A DNA stretch of 64,000 nt from Catajapyx aquilonaris (lineage: Eukaryota): positions 1 to 64,000 of the forward strand of contig KZ538352.1 in NCBI GenBank assembly GCA_000934665.2, given 5' to 3'. This document shows positions 27,032 to 39,088 of this stretch, one piece after another; positions within the stretch are counted from its first letter, which is position 1; each line of letters opens with the position of its first letter. The position numbers and the translations under genes were made by a program. Below the pieces are notes generated by a model. The model searched no databases. It was not told where the DNA came from and saw only the letters and a list, made by a program, of their open reading frames with translations.

Positions 27032-28484
27032 TTAATCGTCGTCGTCATCCTCTCCCTGTTCAGAGTTAACATTGCCTTTTAACAGGGACCTCATCATGTC
27101 ATGCCACTTCAGAGGCACGTCATCACGGAGAGGTCTAACGCCAGAGAGGAATTGCTGCAAGGAACCAAATAAGCTGGGACTGTACTCGAAGCAAAAGTGA
27201 ACTGTACGTACCTCAGCCGCATGTGCAGTTTCATGTCCAGGGCCGTGAAGGAACCTCTTCAAAATCACCACAATATCATTGCACTCTTCGTACGCTGCCT
27301 TCCTGATTCTGTGCGACCTCTTTTGAAACCCAGTCTGCAAATAGTTCGAAATAAAGCAGCATGTCCTAGAGAAGGAACAAGTGCAATCTCACCAGAAGAT
27401 CTCCGTAGTCATCCCAGAGCTCCTCAACGTCCATGCGGGAGAGCTCCCTGTGGTGCTTCAGGAAGGTGTCGACGGTCACTTTGGTGGTCCCTTTGACCAT
27501 GTCCGGGAGGCTCTTCAGGCTCACTCCGATCGAGGGACCCAGAGCGGAAGAAGGGCCGGCCAAGGACAGAGTGTCCACCAGACTCATCCACTCGTCCTGC
27601 TTCAGATCCTTTGCATTATCCCTCCGATCCTTCGCCATCTGGGTGTCCGTGACAACAGAAAGTAAGCAAACGACAAATTCAGACGAGCAAGAAACTGACC
27701 ATTTCCCAAGAGTCCATGACATCCTTGTAGTGGTCGTCCAGGTCATCTTGAACCTCGTAGTACAGGTCACCGGACGCGACCTTGTCCCCAATGACCTCGT
27801 GGCTGACCAGCACCCCCCGCAGCTTCTTCTGCATCGCATCCTCAATCACAGCCTCGGAGTCATTGCTCAGATCGTCCAGCTTCTTCTGAAGGGACTTGGA
27901 CACGGCCAGGACCCTGCCGTGCAGTTTCTTGGCGTCAGTTCCCGAGGTGTCCAATTTCTCCAGGACGCGATGGAACTTCTGCAGCAGCTCCGTTTCCTGC
28001 ATGGACACAAAGGAGGTAAGTCGGAATCGGCGGACCCATGAAGCTACGTACCGATTCAGACTTCTTCAGGAGCGTACCTGTGATTTTCCCCCTCGTGTTC
28101 TTGAACAGGATTTCAAAAGGCTCGTCAAAATTGCCCATCTTCCCCATCTTCGGCTTTGCAGGAACTCCGTGGACGTTCTCAAAGAGGACCTTCATGTTTT
28201 CAAAAACCCATGTCAGTTGCTGGAGTATTCCGGCCTGGTTCTTCACGTTCCTCTGCAGGTCCTCGTATCCCTTCAGAATCTTATGCTCCGTCAGCTTCTC
28301 CTCACTGGTCGGCTGGAGGACGTCGCCTAGTTTGTGCAAGGATTGCTCCAGAGCCAAGATGCCCTCCTGCAGTTGTCGAAGTGAAATTAATTAGCAACAG
28401 GAGAAGGTAACGAAAAGTGGTCCTCACCTTGCAGGCACTCACGATGTGGGTGATCCGGTAGTTGCTGTCGTACGATTGCATCAT
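27032..28484 (-). CDS. Orphan 386-aa charged, probably alpha-helical protein, 6 exons
   Basis: Exons 28484-28428, 28366-28052, 27996-27700, 27638-27393, 27334-27212 and 27154-27032. All are canonical GT-AG with an open frame throughout and GC-rich coding-like composition. No domain recognised. Confidence 0.8.
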
Positions 28485-29266
28485 GCTGAATAGTTGAATC
28501 TACTTGCCCAAACTATTCACAGAAATTTGCGGTAAATACGGGATAATTATTTTCAGAGAAGAACGTTTGTAAAGCTGGAACGTTCACAAGTGTTTACATG
28601 GAGTTGCCTCGGTTACATGTGCATTGTTGCCTGAAATAAGCTGGAAAAAGCGGCAGACGCTTACGGGAGTGTACGCAGAAAAATGAATTGTCGGACATCC
28701 GATAGAAGTCGGGTTGAAATTAAAGCACAATGTCGGTATAATGGGACTAGTTATAATTCTCTTTTTTCCTTTTTTTGAGCAATCCATGTTCAACAAATAA
28801 TAATTACACGCCTGCTTTTTCAAGGATAACACACACTTGCACCAAACATTAACTTGCGTACTTCTATACAAAGCAAACAATGTTCATAAACACGCTACAA
28901 TTGGGCTAACAATTATTTAGATTATTTCTCTCTCTCTCTATACACACAGCTCCCCATGTGCAAAAAAAAATGACAATGTTCAAACAGGTATCAGGTACAA
29001 TACATTGTCATGTAAATCAATCGAAAAAATCATTTGGATCGCAGCTGTCCAAAAATCAATTTTAAACGGTCACAACATTTCGTACAACACAACACAACAT
29101 TATAAAGTAGTGCTCATGCGACTCGCATGCTTCGCTTATAAATACAGCAGTCAATTTAAGTAATGCACCGATATAATGAAAAAAAAGAACAGACCCAAAC
29201 TCAATTCGAAGACAATATTATGCGTAAGTAACAAGTTCATGGCTTATCTAATTAAATTAGCCGCCT

Positions 29267-32200
29267 TCACATCTTGAACGTCTGGAGGTAATTCTGCGGG
29301 AGGCTATCCAATTGCGATAAAAACGGTAGGGACACCAATCCTTCCTCTTCCTGGTCCACCTGCGAATAAACACAATCTTATAGTGGCCGCAACATTTTAA
29401 AAATTATGAGCAGCCGTACCTTAACAAAGTGGTGTCCAAGCAGTTCGGCCGCAGTTGCCCTTTGTCGCGGATCATGCTGCAAACATCTCTCAACGAAATC
29501 CTGCCCTTCCTCGCTCAGACTCTCGGGAACTGGCGGACACTCCCCAGTACCCACTTTGAACATTATCTGGTAGTTGCTTTCAAGATCGGCCCACGGACGC
29601 TGAAAAAAATTGAATATGTAGATCTTGTATTGCACTTCTAATTACTACGAGCCCACCTTTCCGGAAGCCATTTCGATTACCACGCATCCGACCGACCACA
29701 CGTCGGCAGCACGTCCATGCCCTTCCGACATGTTCTTCGTAAACACCTCAGGCGCCATGTATGCTTGTGTCCCGACGAATCCCCGGAGCTCCCCAGGCAT
29801 TGTCGTGTGCGCTCTAATCTTCGCGGCGCATCCAAAGTCGCCCAACTTCAAGCAGTTTCCGTCGTCGCTCAAAAAGATGTTGGCGCTCTTGATGTCCCGA
29901 TGAACCACTCCGTGATCATGAAGGCAGCAGACGGCCATCACCAGTTGATGCGTGTAGCGGCGTACTAGCGCTTCGGGAAGGCCGTCTTCCGTAGCTGCAA
30001 CCGCCGCTTCGAGCGTGCCTTCAGCGCAGTACTCCATGAAGATCAGCATCTCATCACGGTGAAGCTCAGCCCCATAGTGGCGGACCAAGTGGCGGTGATG
30101 GATCCCCTCGAATATCCGCAGCTCCTCGTACACAGTCCGAATCGTATGGGACACATCGCTCGGCTGCAACTGGATCTCCTTCATGGCCATCAGTTCGCCA
30201 GTCTGGTTGTTAACCGCTGCGTACACCTTTCCGAAACGACCTTGCCCTGAAAATACAATTTAGACGATAAAAAGTCTAGACAACACATTTTAATCGCATT
30301 ATCCTTTCCCCCCGAGAAACAACTAGCCTGAAAGTCACCCTCAAATGTCTGGCAAAATGAAACGACGCCGACAGCTGCATCTGCTCAACGACCCCTTCCC
30401 CATTTTTTTTTGGAGGGACGGACAGCAAAAAAAAACTAATGACATCCTACACTCCCATCAGTTCGGAGGAAACACATTCAAGATGAAGGCATGGTTATTC
30501 GTCCTCTTTGCATGTTATACGCAGACAATACTGGCCGACATACCCGAGGCAGGTCAGCAAGTTCACGTTCATGCTGACCCGAACTGGGTCATGCCCACAT
30601 TGGGAAGCACTCCGAAATCCAGAGGGTACGCGTATTATTTACATTCCGATAGCGTTGCATCTAACGGATTTAATTGCAGCGGAAAGAACCGCAAGAAGGA
30701 AAAGGTGCGGACTGAGGACGACGCCGTCGACGAACTTCCATCGCAAGTTGTTTTCCAGCGGTTGAATGAACGACTGGCTAGCCTCGCCTCGCTTGGAGAG
30801 CAGCAGCTTCGTCGCTTGGAGCAGGTCGAGTACCGCTTGACTAAACTGGAGGTGCAGGGTCAGGAGAAGTCCGAGGGGGTCAGGGCACAGGTAGCGGAGA
30901 TCACACGGAAGATGGACTCGCTGGATTGGGATCTAAGCAAAGTGGAGACGCTGATGGAAGTGGTTCGGCAGGACTTGGGCGGACTACGGCAGGGACACAC
31001 CGAAATCAGGATGGCCGTCGGATCAAAACCTGTTCAGGAAGGTCAACAGGATCAGACGGAGGTCATATCGAAGCTGCAGATGATCATGGCCACTCTGTAC
31101 GGGATGCGAGGAATGGGTTCGGCAATGAATGACGACATCGCTGTTCTTCTTAAGAATGTGACCAGCATCGTTAACGCCACCAGGTAATTTGAAATCCAGC
31201 CGCAAAATGCGATATGCTAACTTTTCCGTAGTTACCTCCAGTCTCGGGCGGAACAGTTGGTGACCAAGCAATACTTGCGGACACTACTTCTGGATCACGG
31301 TAACGCCGGAAATCCACCGCCGCAAGCTCAGCAGTACATGTCTGTCATTATGGCCGGTAAGTTTGTTCCCAGCTCTAATTACACATCTGATTATTAATGA
31401 CTATTGAACTGAAGATGTAGCCAAACCGGATGCGACGCAACATCCGACGGACTGCTGGGAGACGCTTCAATCGGGTCAAAACAAATCCGGGGTGTACCAA
31501 ATCCGACCCATGCGTTCCAGCTCGCCTTTCTTCGTCCAATGCGAGATGTCCGTCCGAGGCGGAGGCTGGGTGGTACTGCACAATCGTTACGAAGGAACAG
31601 TCGATTTCTATCGAGGCTGGTCGGACTACAAGCATGGGTTCGGCAATCTCGGCGGCGAGTTCTGGCTGGGGCTGGAGAAGATGCATCTAATCACGACGCA
31701 GAAGGTGTACGAAATAATAGTGGAGCTGCAGGACTTCTCGTTGAGCAATGCGTACGCTTATTACACCGCATTTTCCATCGGATCTGAGGTGAGTACGAAA
31801 TTTCTCATGGTGTTCGTAATAGCGAACCATACGTCAACAGGTTGAGGGCTACCCCATAACAATACTTGGAAGTTACGAGGGCGACGCAGGCGATTCCCTG
31901 ACATACCACGCCGGGATGAAGTTCTCGACTCGAGATGCGGACAACGACATGTGGGAGGACGGCGACTGCGCCCAGTCCCACTCAGGCGCATGGTGGTACA
32001 ACGGATGCGACACGGCCAACCTGAATGGCAGGTACCTCAACGGCAACCTTCCTCCGCAGTACGAGTACCAAGGGATGTACTGGTACGACTACCGTGGGCC
32101 TGCCTATTCGCTTATGAAGGCGCGGATAATGATCAGACCATGGGGAGCAAACGGGACTGTCGAGGAAAAGACGCCGGAGAACCCCGCGGAAGAAACGGAA

Positions 32201-35200
32201 GAACCCGCAGTGACGACTACGCCAACAGCAGATCAGCAATACGGTTGGAACGGAGCCGAGTACGAACTTGAGTTCGGCGACTACTGATCCCCCTAATTGT
32301 AACAATATAAATGTGTGTTAATTAACTCACCGACTTTGATCCCCCTTTGCCAGCTAAACGTGACGCTCTTGGCCCTGTAGTAGTATCGGTCCACAGTCTG
32401 CACGTGAACCACCTCCCCGATGACGCCTTCCTCCCGCAATTGCTGCTCACGTTGATGTTCCAGTTGGGCTACCGCATTCTGAACCTGCAGCATGTGCGGC
32501 AACACACACTGATTCACTGTAATACGGACCATTTGTTAATCGATCAGATGGTTCATAGTTACGCGGACTTACCTTGAAGCGACGGGACTTGAAGCGACTC
32601 GGCTAATGTTGAGTTGTGGGTCGGATCGTCGCTTCTCCCGGCCCACGACTGGCTGTGGCCTCGTCGCCTTACGACCGGACTGGCTGCAGGTTCGGCCAGC
32701 TGTTCTCTCGATGCGGCTAGGCTCTCTCGGAGCGATCCAACGTCCTGCATGGACCTGCTGGGCCGGTATGGTCTGCGGCTGAGTGGCGACGGAGACGACC
32801 CCCTGGAATGGCTTCCTCCGCCGCTTCCCGCACTGCCTAAGCTACGGGGCGAAGGAGTCTTATCCGCTGAGCCGATAACATGCGAAATGCATTTGTCGAT
32901 GCCGCCCTGTAGCTCCTCAAACCCGTCGTCGTCCAGGTACATCGTGTTGTGCGGATCGCACACGGTTATTAAGAAGTCCAGGCCCTGGTTGGCCCAACGA
33001 GGCCGGAGTCCGCGGCCTCTCTCGCACCGCTCAACCGCAAATGTCATCCACTGGCGGGCAAACGACAGCAGACCGGCCGCCTGCTTCCGACGAACCTCTC
33101 CAGTCACCAGCTTCCCAACTTCCTTATGATACTGCGGATAAAATGGCCCTTAAATATGGAACACCCCAGCTACAAAAACCGACGTACCTCGAATCCGAAC
33201 TTGTAGCACTGATGCAAGGTGTCACGTAACCTGGCCAACAACGCTGTCCGCTCGATCTCGTCAAGGTCCTCCACCTCCCGAAGATCGCACTTTATTTCAA
33301 TCTCCTGGATAGACTGGGATATTTGGTCGCAGAGGGTAAGCGATCCATTTTTCAGGGCCTCCAAAGACGCCTCGATGGCCGGACTGGACGCACACTGCTC
33401 CTTCTTCAGCCGCAGGCAGTCGCCCATTGCCTTCTGGAACTGACGTCGCTGGAGGGCCAACTGGGACGGATCGCATACGACCAGCAGAAGTTCCTCGACC
33501 TGTACGAAATGTGTTAAAATCGCGGTTGTGTACGACAGAAATGAGTACGAACCTCGAGGCGTGAGAGTGACGATGACGTCTCATTAGTCGGCCGGATCGC
33601 AACAGTCTCGCCTTCCCACGTATCCCCGTCCGCATTCTTCATTATGATTAAGTATCCTTCCTCATCCGACTCTCCTCCTTGCGGATGCGGCAGTGCGGAT
33701 GAGTCGCATCCATAGTGCAAGTCCAGCAGATGACAGATGTACCCCGGCCGTTGTCGAACTACGAGCGGAACTAGAAGAAGAGCGCTTGAGCAGCCTGGGG
33801 CGGACACACAAGCATGGTCCGTTTCTTTGAGGTGACGAAGGATCGCGGAGTATGAATCTTGGAAGGAGAACTCAGCCCCGATCTCCAGGTCCTTCCGTAG
33901 CGTCTTTGCGAACGCGATGGCTTTCATCGCACGCTCTCGGGAGTCGTGAAACACGCTCTGAGACTCACGGCAGATCTGTAGCATAACATGCCTGTAATAA
34001 ACATCCGTTAATAGTCGTACGCAACTGCTGACGTCTTAACTTACTTGAACGAATGGTCGTCGTCGTCGTCTTCAGCAACTTCCTGCAGCAGTGTCGACAC
34101 CAGTTCTTCAATGGCCTTTCCGAGGTGATCCCCGATTGCTCCCAACATGGAACAAGCCATCCGACAGAAGCTGTCTCCCGCCATCACCTCACCGCCGGGT
34201 ATGTGCGGACATGTGGCCTTCACGAACGCCCACTCTTCCTCCAACAAATTCTTCTGGTAGCTGTAAATGACCGAGTCGTCCTGCTGAAACATGTTGATCC
34301 ACTGCTGCAGGTACTCCAAGTACGCCTGGAGCATCGCCTTCACATTATCGTCAAACAGCTGCACCTCGCCTTTGTACTCCTCAAGTTTGTGCGGCGGTAC
34401 GTCCCAAATGGCCACTCGGATCATGTGCATATAGTTGCGTCTTTCGACCACGGCGGCCTTTAACGCCTCTTTGCACTCACGCATCAGTTGGCGGATACTC
34501 AAAGGCGAAGGCCGCTCGGGTTTTTGCTCCAGACGGATTTTCAGGCACTCGTGAATCACATCCAGCGGGATTCGGCATAGGAACAAGTAGAGCCCACGGA
34601 AAGACGGAAGCCCCATGGCTTTATAGGCACAGTGGGTTGAAGTCAAGTGGCAGTTCGAATACGCACGCATGCTGTTCCACTGGTCGCCACAACAGTTAGT
34701 CGAATCCTGCTGCAAATCGAACCAAATCAGCACCAAACAACCGTAATCAAACTAACAAACACTTACTGACGATGCAGATTCAACCTTCTTGACCAGTACT
34801 TTCCGCGTCTTGATCAGAATCGGCATGAACAGCCGATCCAGCATCTGCAGCATCTTCCGCAGTCCTTTCGTCTTGAGCAGCTTCTCCACGTACTTGCGGT
34901 ACGGCGACACTCCGTACATAGGTCCAAACGAGGTTGGGGTCGGCGGATTGGTGTGAGTCGGTGTGTGGGCCTGGGACCCGGCACCTCCGCCTGGATTCCC
35001 AGAGTCGCTTGAGTTGTTCGAGTCAGATGCGTTGTTGCTGAAAGCGCCATCGGGACTTCCCACATCCGACATGGAGAACTGGACGTGGTGCTTTCCGGAG
35101 TTTCGTCTTAATGGAGGTTCCAGCCGGTTGGACTTGAGGATATCGGGGCTTGTCATCTTCGTCGACTCATCGCCTGAATAAACGGATCGTTAGTATAATA

Positions 35201-37104
35201 TTTTCCTGTCGTTATTTTTCGGCAGACATTACCTGACGTGGAGTCCTCATCCTCGCCAAGCACCCGCGTACAAAAGTCCTGCCAGCACGGCCACGGTACA
35301 TTTGTGCAGCCAAGCAACGGCGTCAGCAGCTTCCCCAGGATATCAATGTGCAGTCGGAGCTGCGTCGTGATGTTATACCACGTGCAGAGAATTGAAACCC
35401 TCGATGTTAGCTCGGGACAACAGTACAGCTCATGCTCCTCGGCCAGCGCCTTCGTGGACGGATACAGCTGTTCGGACTGGTCCAAACGGCAGAGAAGATC
35501 CTCGACTTGAAGTAGCGCCTGGTTCTGACGATGTGTGCAATCCAAGCAGAAAACGTCTAGACAATTCTCATGCACCTGTCAAGTACGGATAAACGGTAAG
35601 CCACAAATACTGTAGTGCAGTCAGCAGACATTACCTCACCGGGCTTCTTCACGTCAAACACAAACGGATTGTGACGACTGCTCCCACCGGTCGATCCGTC
35701 CTCCAGATCACTTCCGATTGCGCTGTCCCCCTTTTCCTCTTCCTTTCCGCTGCTTCCGCCAGTTGTCGCATCGTTTCCGCCTGCCTCGAACTTGTAGGCC
35801 ATTATCTCCGTCAGCACCTGACGCACATTTCCGCGTGCAATACACAGCAGCGTGTCCTGTTCTGTCACGGGAAGGTCGGCATGATATGACTTCAGTTCCA
35901 ACCAGAGAAGATCCTTCACCTCATTCTGCCACATCTGCTCCTGATGGCTCTTCTGTCGTCCGTAACTGCTTTTGTTCTCGGTGTTCCCCAACTTTATAAC
36001 CTGCGGAAAACTCCAATTACGATATATTTGCATTATAAAATCATGGCGTACCTTTGAAAACGCTTTGTAGAAGTCGACCCGGTTCTGTGGACATCCGGCA
36101 GCTTGCTTCGGTGGCCCGTCAACCGCATCGTCCTTGTTGGTAACCAGCTTCGACGTGAGACACAAAAACCGTTTGCATGTCTCAACGGTCTTCATGTACT
36201 GCCTCAGAAGCGGGACACTCTCAGAACGATCCTCGGGTGGTCCAGATGACGAATCAAGTTCCGGCTCTTCCTCCCCAATTAGGTGAAGGGAAAGAGCGGA
36301 AAAGTCGGCCGAATCCCGCTTCATGTCTCGTTCAGACTCACGAAGCAGATTCAGAGAGCGTTTGCGCTTTCGCAGGTCCTTCTTGGTCGAGCTTTCACGC
36401 TCTCCGTCCTCTTCCTCTTCTTCAAAGTTGTCCGCCAGATCAGCGCTCATCGTCACCTGTTTGTTGCCAGCACGGCCACGAGCAGACGTAACTTTCACCG
36501 GGCTTCTGGACCTTAAGAAAAAAAAACGCCACAGTTACTGATCGCCATAAATACAGTCGAATTATAAGTCCATAACGTACGCTCTCTCCTCCCGCTTCCG
36601 GAATGACTTGAGCCGCTCCAAGATGCGGGTCCGAGGTGGCGTGGACCCGTACTTGTAATACCCCAAGGCTTCATCTTCGTCCAATATCGCATTGAAATGC
36701 TCCTCGTCTATTGACTTGGCAGTAGCGTCAACGTCAGTGTCCACACGCCCACTGCCAGACTCAGTCCTGCAAAATTAGTGCAAAAATCTTGCTACCCCAA
36801 TATGGTTACTGTTGGCAAATTACATTAAACGCAACATTGTTCGCAAGATCATCAGACATGCTGCAATAAGAGGCCAGCATTACACATCACAGTTCAACGA
36901 TTGATAACACCACAAACACAATGGGTGAGTAAGCATGAAATCACCCTCGGCTGCTAATTTTCTGACAAATTCACGATGACACGAAACCTTCTTGATAAGC
37001 TCAGAGAAACTACTTGTCCAATCAAGTCATACTCCAATATTACCTATTTCCTGGAAATACTATAACTACTATAATTATCAATTTTCATTATTACTATTGC
37101 AACA

Positions 37105-37162
<58 letters not shown>

Positions 37163-37936
37163 GCAACATTATTAATTATAATTACTTTTACAATGTGTTA
37201 TTATTGGATATTATTACATACTATGACTTATTAGTATTATTGCAAATTATTATTATTATCATCCTGTACTCCGCTGGCTACCCCTCTATGGGATTATTTT
37301 GCCGTGAAGTAAATGATGATGATGATCATTATTATTATCATTATTATTATTATTATTATTATTATTAGTCTACTTGTTACTTATTATTATTACTACTACA
37401 AGCACTACTACATAATTATTATTACTTACAAAAACATCACCACCATTACGACATTTCCCTGTAAGGGGCAGTCAGCGATGAAGGGAGACACAATCTAACC
37501 TAACACATGAACTAAATTAAAACTTATCGCAATAAACCTATAAACTAACCGTCCCCCCCCCCCCCCTGCCCATCTAAGACGACTGAGGGCGGCATTACCT
37601 ACTTATTACTATAATTAATAATTAAGTTTGGTAGCGCAACTGTTCATATCGGTGTAAAATATCACGTGCAGTACATTTTGAACGTGTGCGGCCATGAACG
37701 AAAAGCCAGCATGATGCATACGACCCCCCTGGTACTGATGATTAAGGCAAATGACCATCACTGGTCCGCCACCACCTATAATAAGTCAGTACATGTTGCA
37801 CTGGCGGGTGTACGACACTAATACTTTCAGTGAAGGACCATGCTTACGACTTGTCTTCCTCTTCCTCTCCTTCCTCCGACCCGCTGGAGTAGTTGATCTC
37901 CACCCCGACCCGCTTCTTCCAGTCCCCGTCTGCCAT
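29267..37936 (-). CDS. MAP3K4: MAP kinase kinase kinase 4 (MEKK4/MTK1; Drosophila Mekk1 orthologue)
   Basis: First exon 37936-37848 (MADGDWKKRVG..., phase 2) joins 36766. N-terminal motifs YGSTPPRTR, DLLWLEL and CERGRGLRPRWANQGL; kinase domain WQRGIKVG|QGRFGKV, HRDIKSANIF, DFG, GTQAYMAPEV. Last exon 29359-29267. Confidence 0.95.
30483..32287 (+). CDS. Secreted fibrinogen-related domain (FReD) protein with angiopoietin-like architecture, nested in a MAP3K4 intron
   Basis: Signal peptide MKAWLFVLFACYTQTILA followed by a coiled coil. Exons 30483-31183, 31232-31356, ~31415-31788 and 31841-32287. FBG motifs GGGWVV, DFYRGWSDYKHGFG, EFWLGLE, MKFSTRDADND, GAWWYNGC..ANLNG. Confidence 0.93.
37107..37367. 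repeat. (ATT)n microsatellites in MAP3K4 intron 1
   Basis: About 18 perfect units at 37107-37162 and a second run at 37328-37367. Confidence 0.95.
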
Positions 37937-38279
37937 CCCACTCCTCCCCCCCACAACTATATTCTCTTGACCCTCTCAGATGATGATGACGATTAGAACA
38001 AGAGGACTTTACCCGGCCCCCCTTCCTCTAATCTACAACAAGCTGTCCTTGTACATGTCGTGGCCTCCTCCCCCACAGGACAGGACACTTTGGAAGGCTA
38101 CATCGCAAGGGATGATGCCCCCTTCTCCTCTCTCTCTCTCTCTCTGAAGGAAATATTAATATTAAAATCGAACAAAAAAAAAAAAAAAATGGTTGGAATA
38201 ATCACGAGGTTTCCATTCACACGCTCTGATTGTGGTTCCTTGTTGTGTGTCCTCTCTAGTGTAAATGCCGATGGGATAT

Positions 38280-38955
38280 GATAAAGATTGGCAGGGCTGG
38301 TGGGCTAACAGGAATTGATTGGAAGGGGGCCAAGTGCGAAAAGAATTTCGAATAAAATCACCCAATTTATAATCGAAAAAATTTTTTGGAAAAGGATTGC
38401 GTAATCGGACGCCATGTTGGAGCCCAACCGGGTTGTCGAATTAGCTGGTTAAACAGTCGTGTCTATAAATATGTATCCGTGCATAATTTGCATGCACAAA
38501 GAAATAAATATTTTGTTAAATTTAACGTTCTTAAAATTGGAACAGCGACATGTTGGGTCCCCAGTGGATATTACTCGCTGCAGCAGCTGCTCCAAAAACG
38601 TGCGCTCAGCCAATCACAGCCACAGTACGTTGGAAATATCAGCGCCGTGTGATAGCCACCAGAAAATTTACATGTTCCAGTCCACTGCAAACACGGCTCT
38701 GTGATTGGTCCAAAATCGAGCCTGATTGGCTCATTGCTCAACTAACTACATGGTGTGAACATTCAATTGGCAACATTGTCCAGTACGTTCCATACCATTT
38801 ACCAAATTATAATTGCGCATTAGTAACTAATTATTGATGACTAATTATAATAAGGGATAAGTTCGATTAAGCAATCTTTTAATGCAAATGTATTTGTAAC
38901 GGACGTTTAATTGGGCGAAAAACGAACGGCCATTTTGATCAAAATGGCGGACGAT
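38280..38955. promoter_or_regulatory. Probable bidirectional promoter of MAP3K4 / NF-YC with CCAAT boxes and YY1-type motifs
   Basis: AGCCAATCAC (38608), GTGATTGGTC (38701), CTGATTGGCT (38722) and GATTGG at 38286 and 38317. CGCCATGTT at ~38410; perfect palindrome GCCATTTTGATCAAAATGGC at 38929-38948. Lies between head-to-head genes. Confidence 0.6.
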
Positions 38956-39088
38956 TAATTCGGGGGAAAACAAAAAGGAAATTCAACTTTTCGAGTTTCG
39001 TTCGGACCACGTTTCGGACTGTCCTTTTCTAGGACATCTCTGAAAGGAAAATCCTGTCCACAAATCGAACAAATCCAAGGAACCAAAA

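Noticed and set aside
30345..30482. Longer N-terminus of the FReD ORF (MSGKMKRR...)
   Set aside because: The signal peptide begins at ATG 30483; the upstream extension is low-complexity and would bury it.
36992..37498. Poly-Ile ORFs
   Set aside because: Translations of (ATT)n microsatellites.
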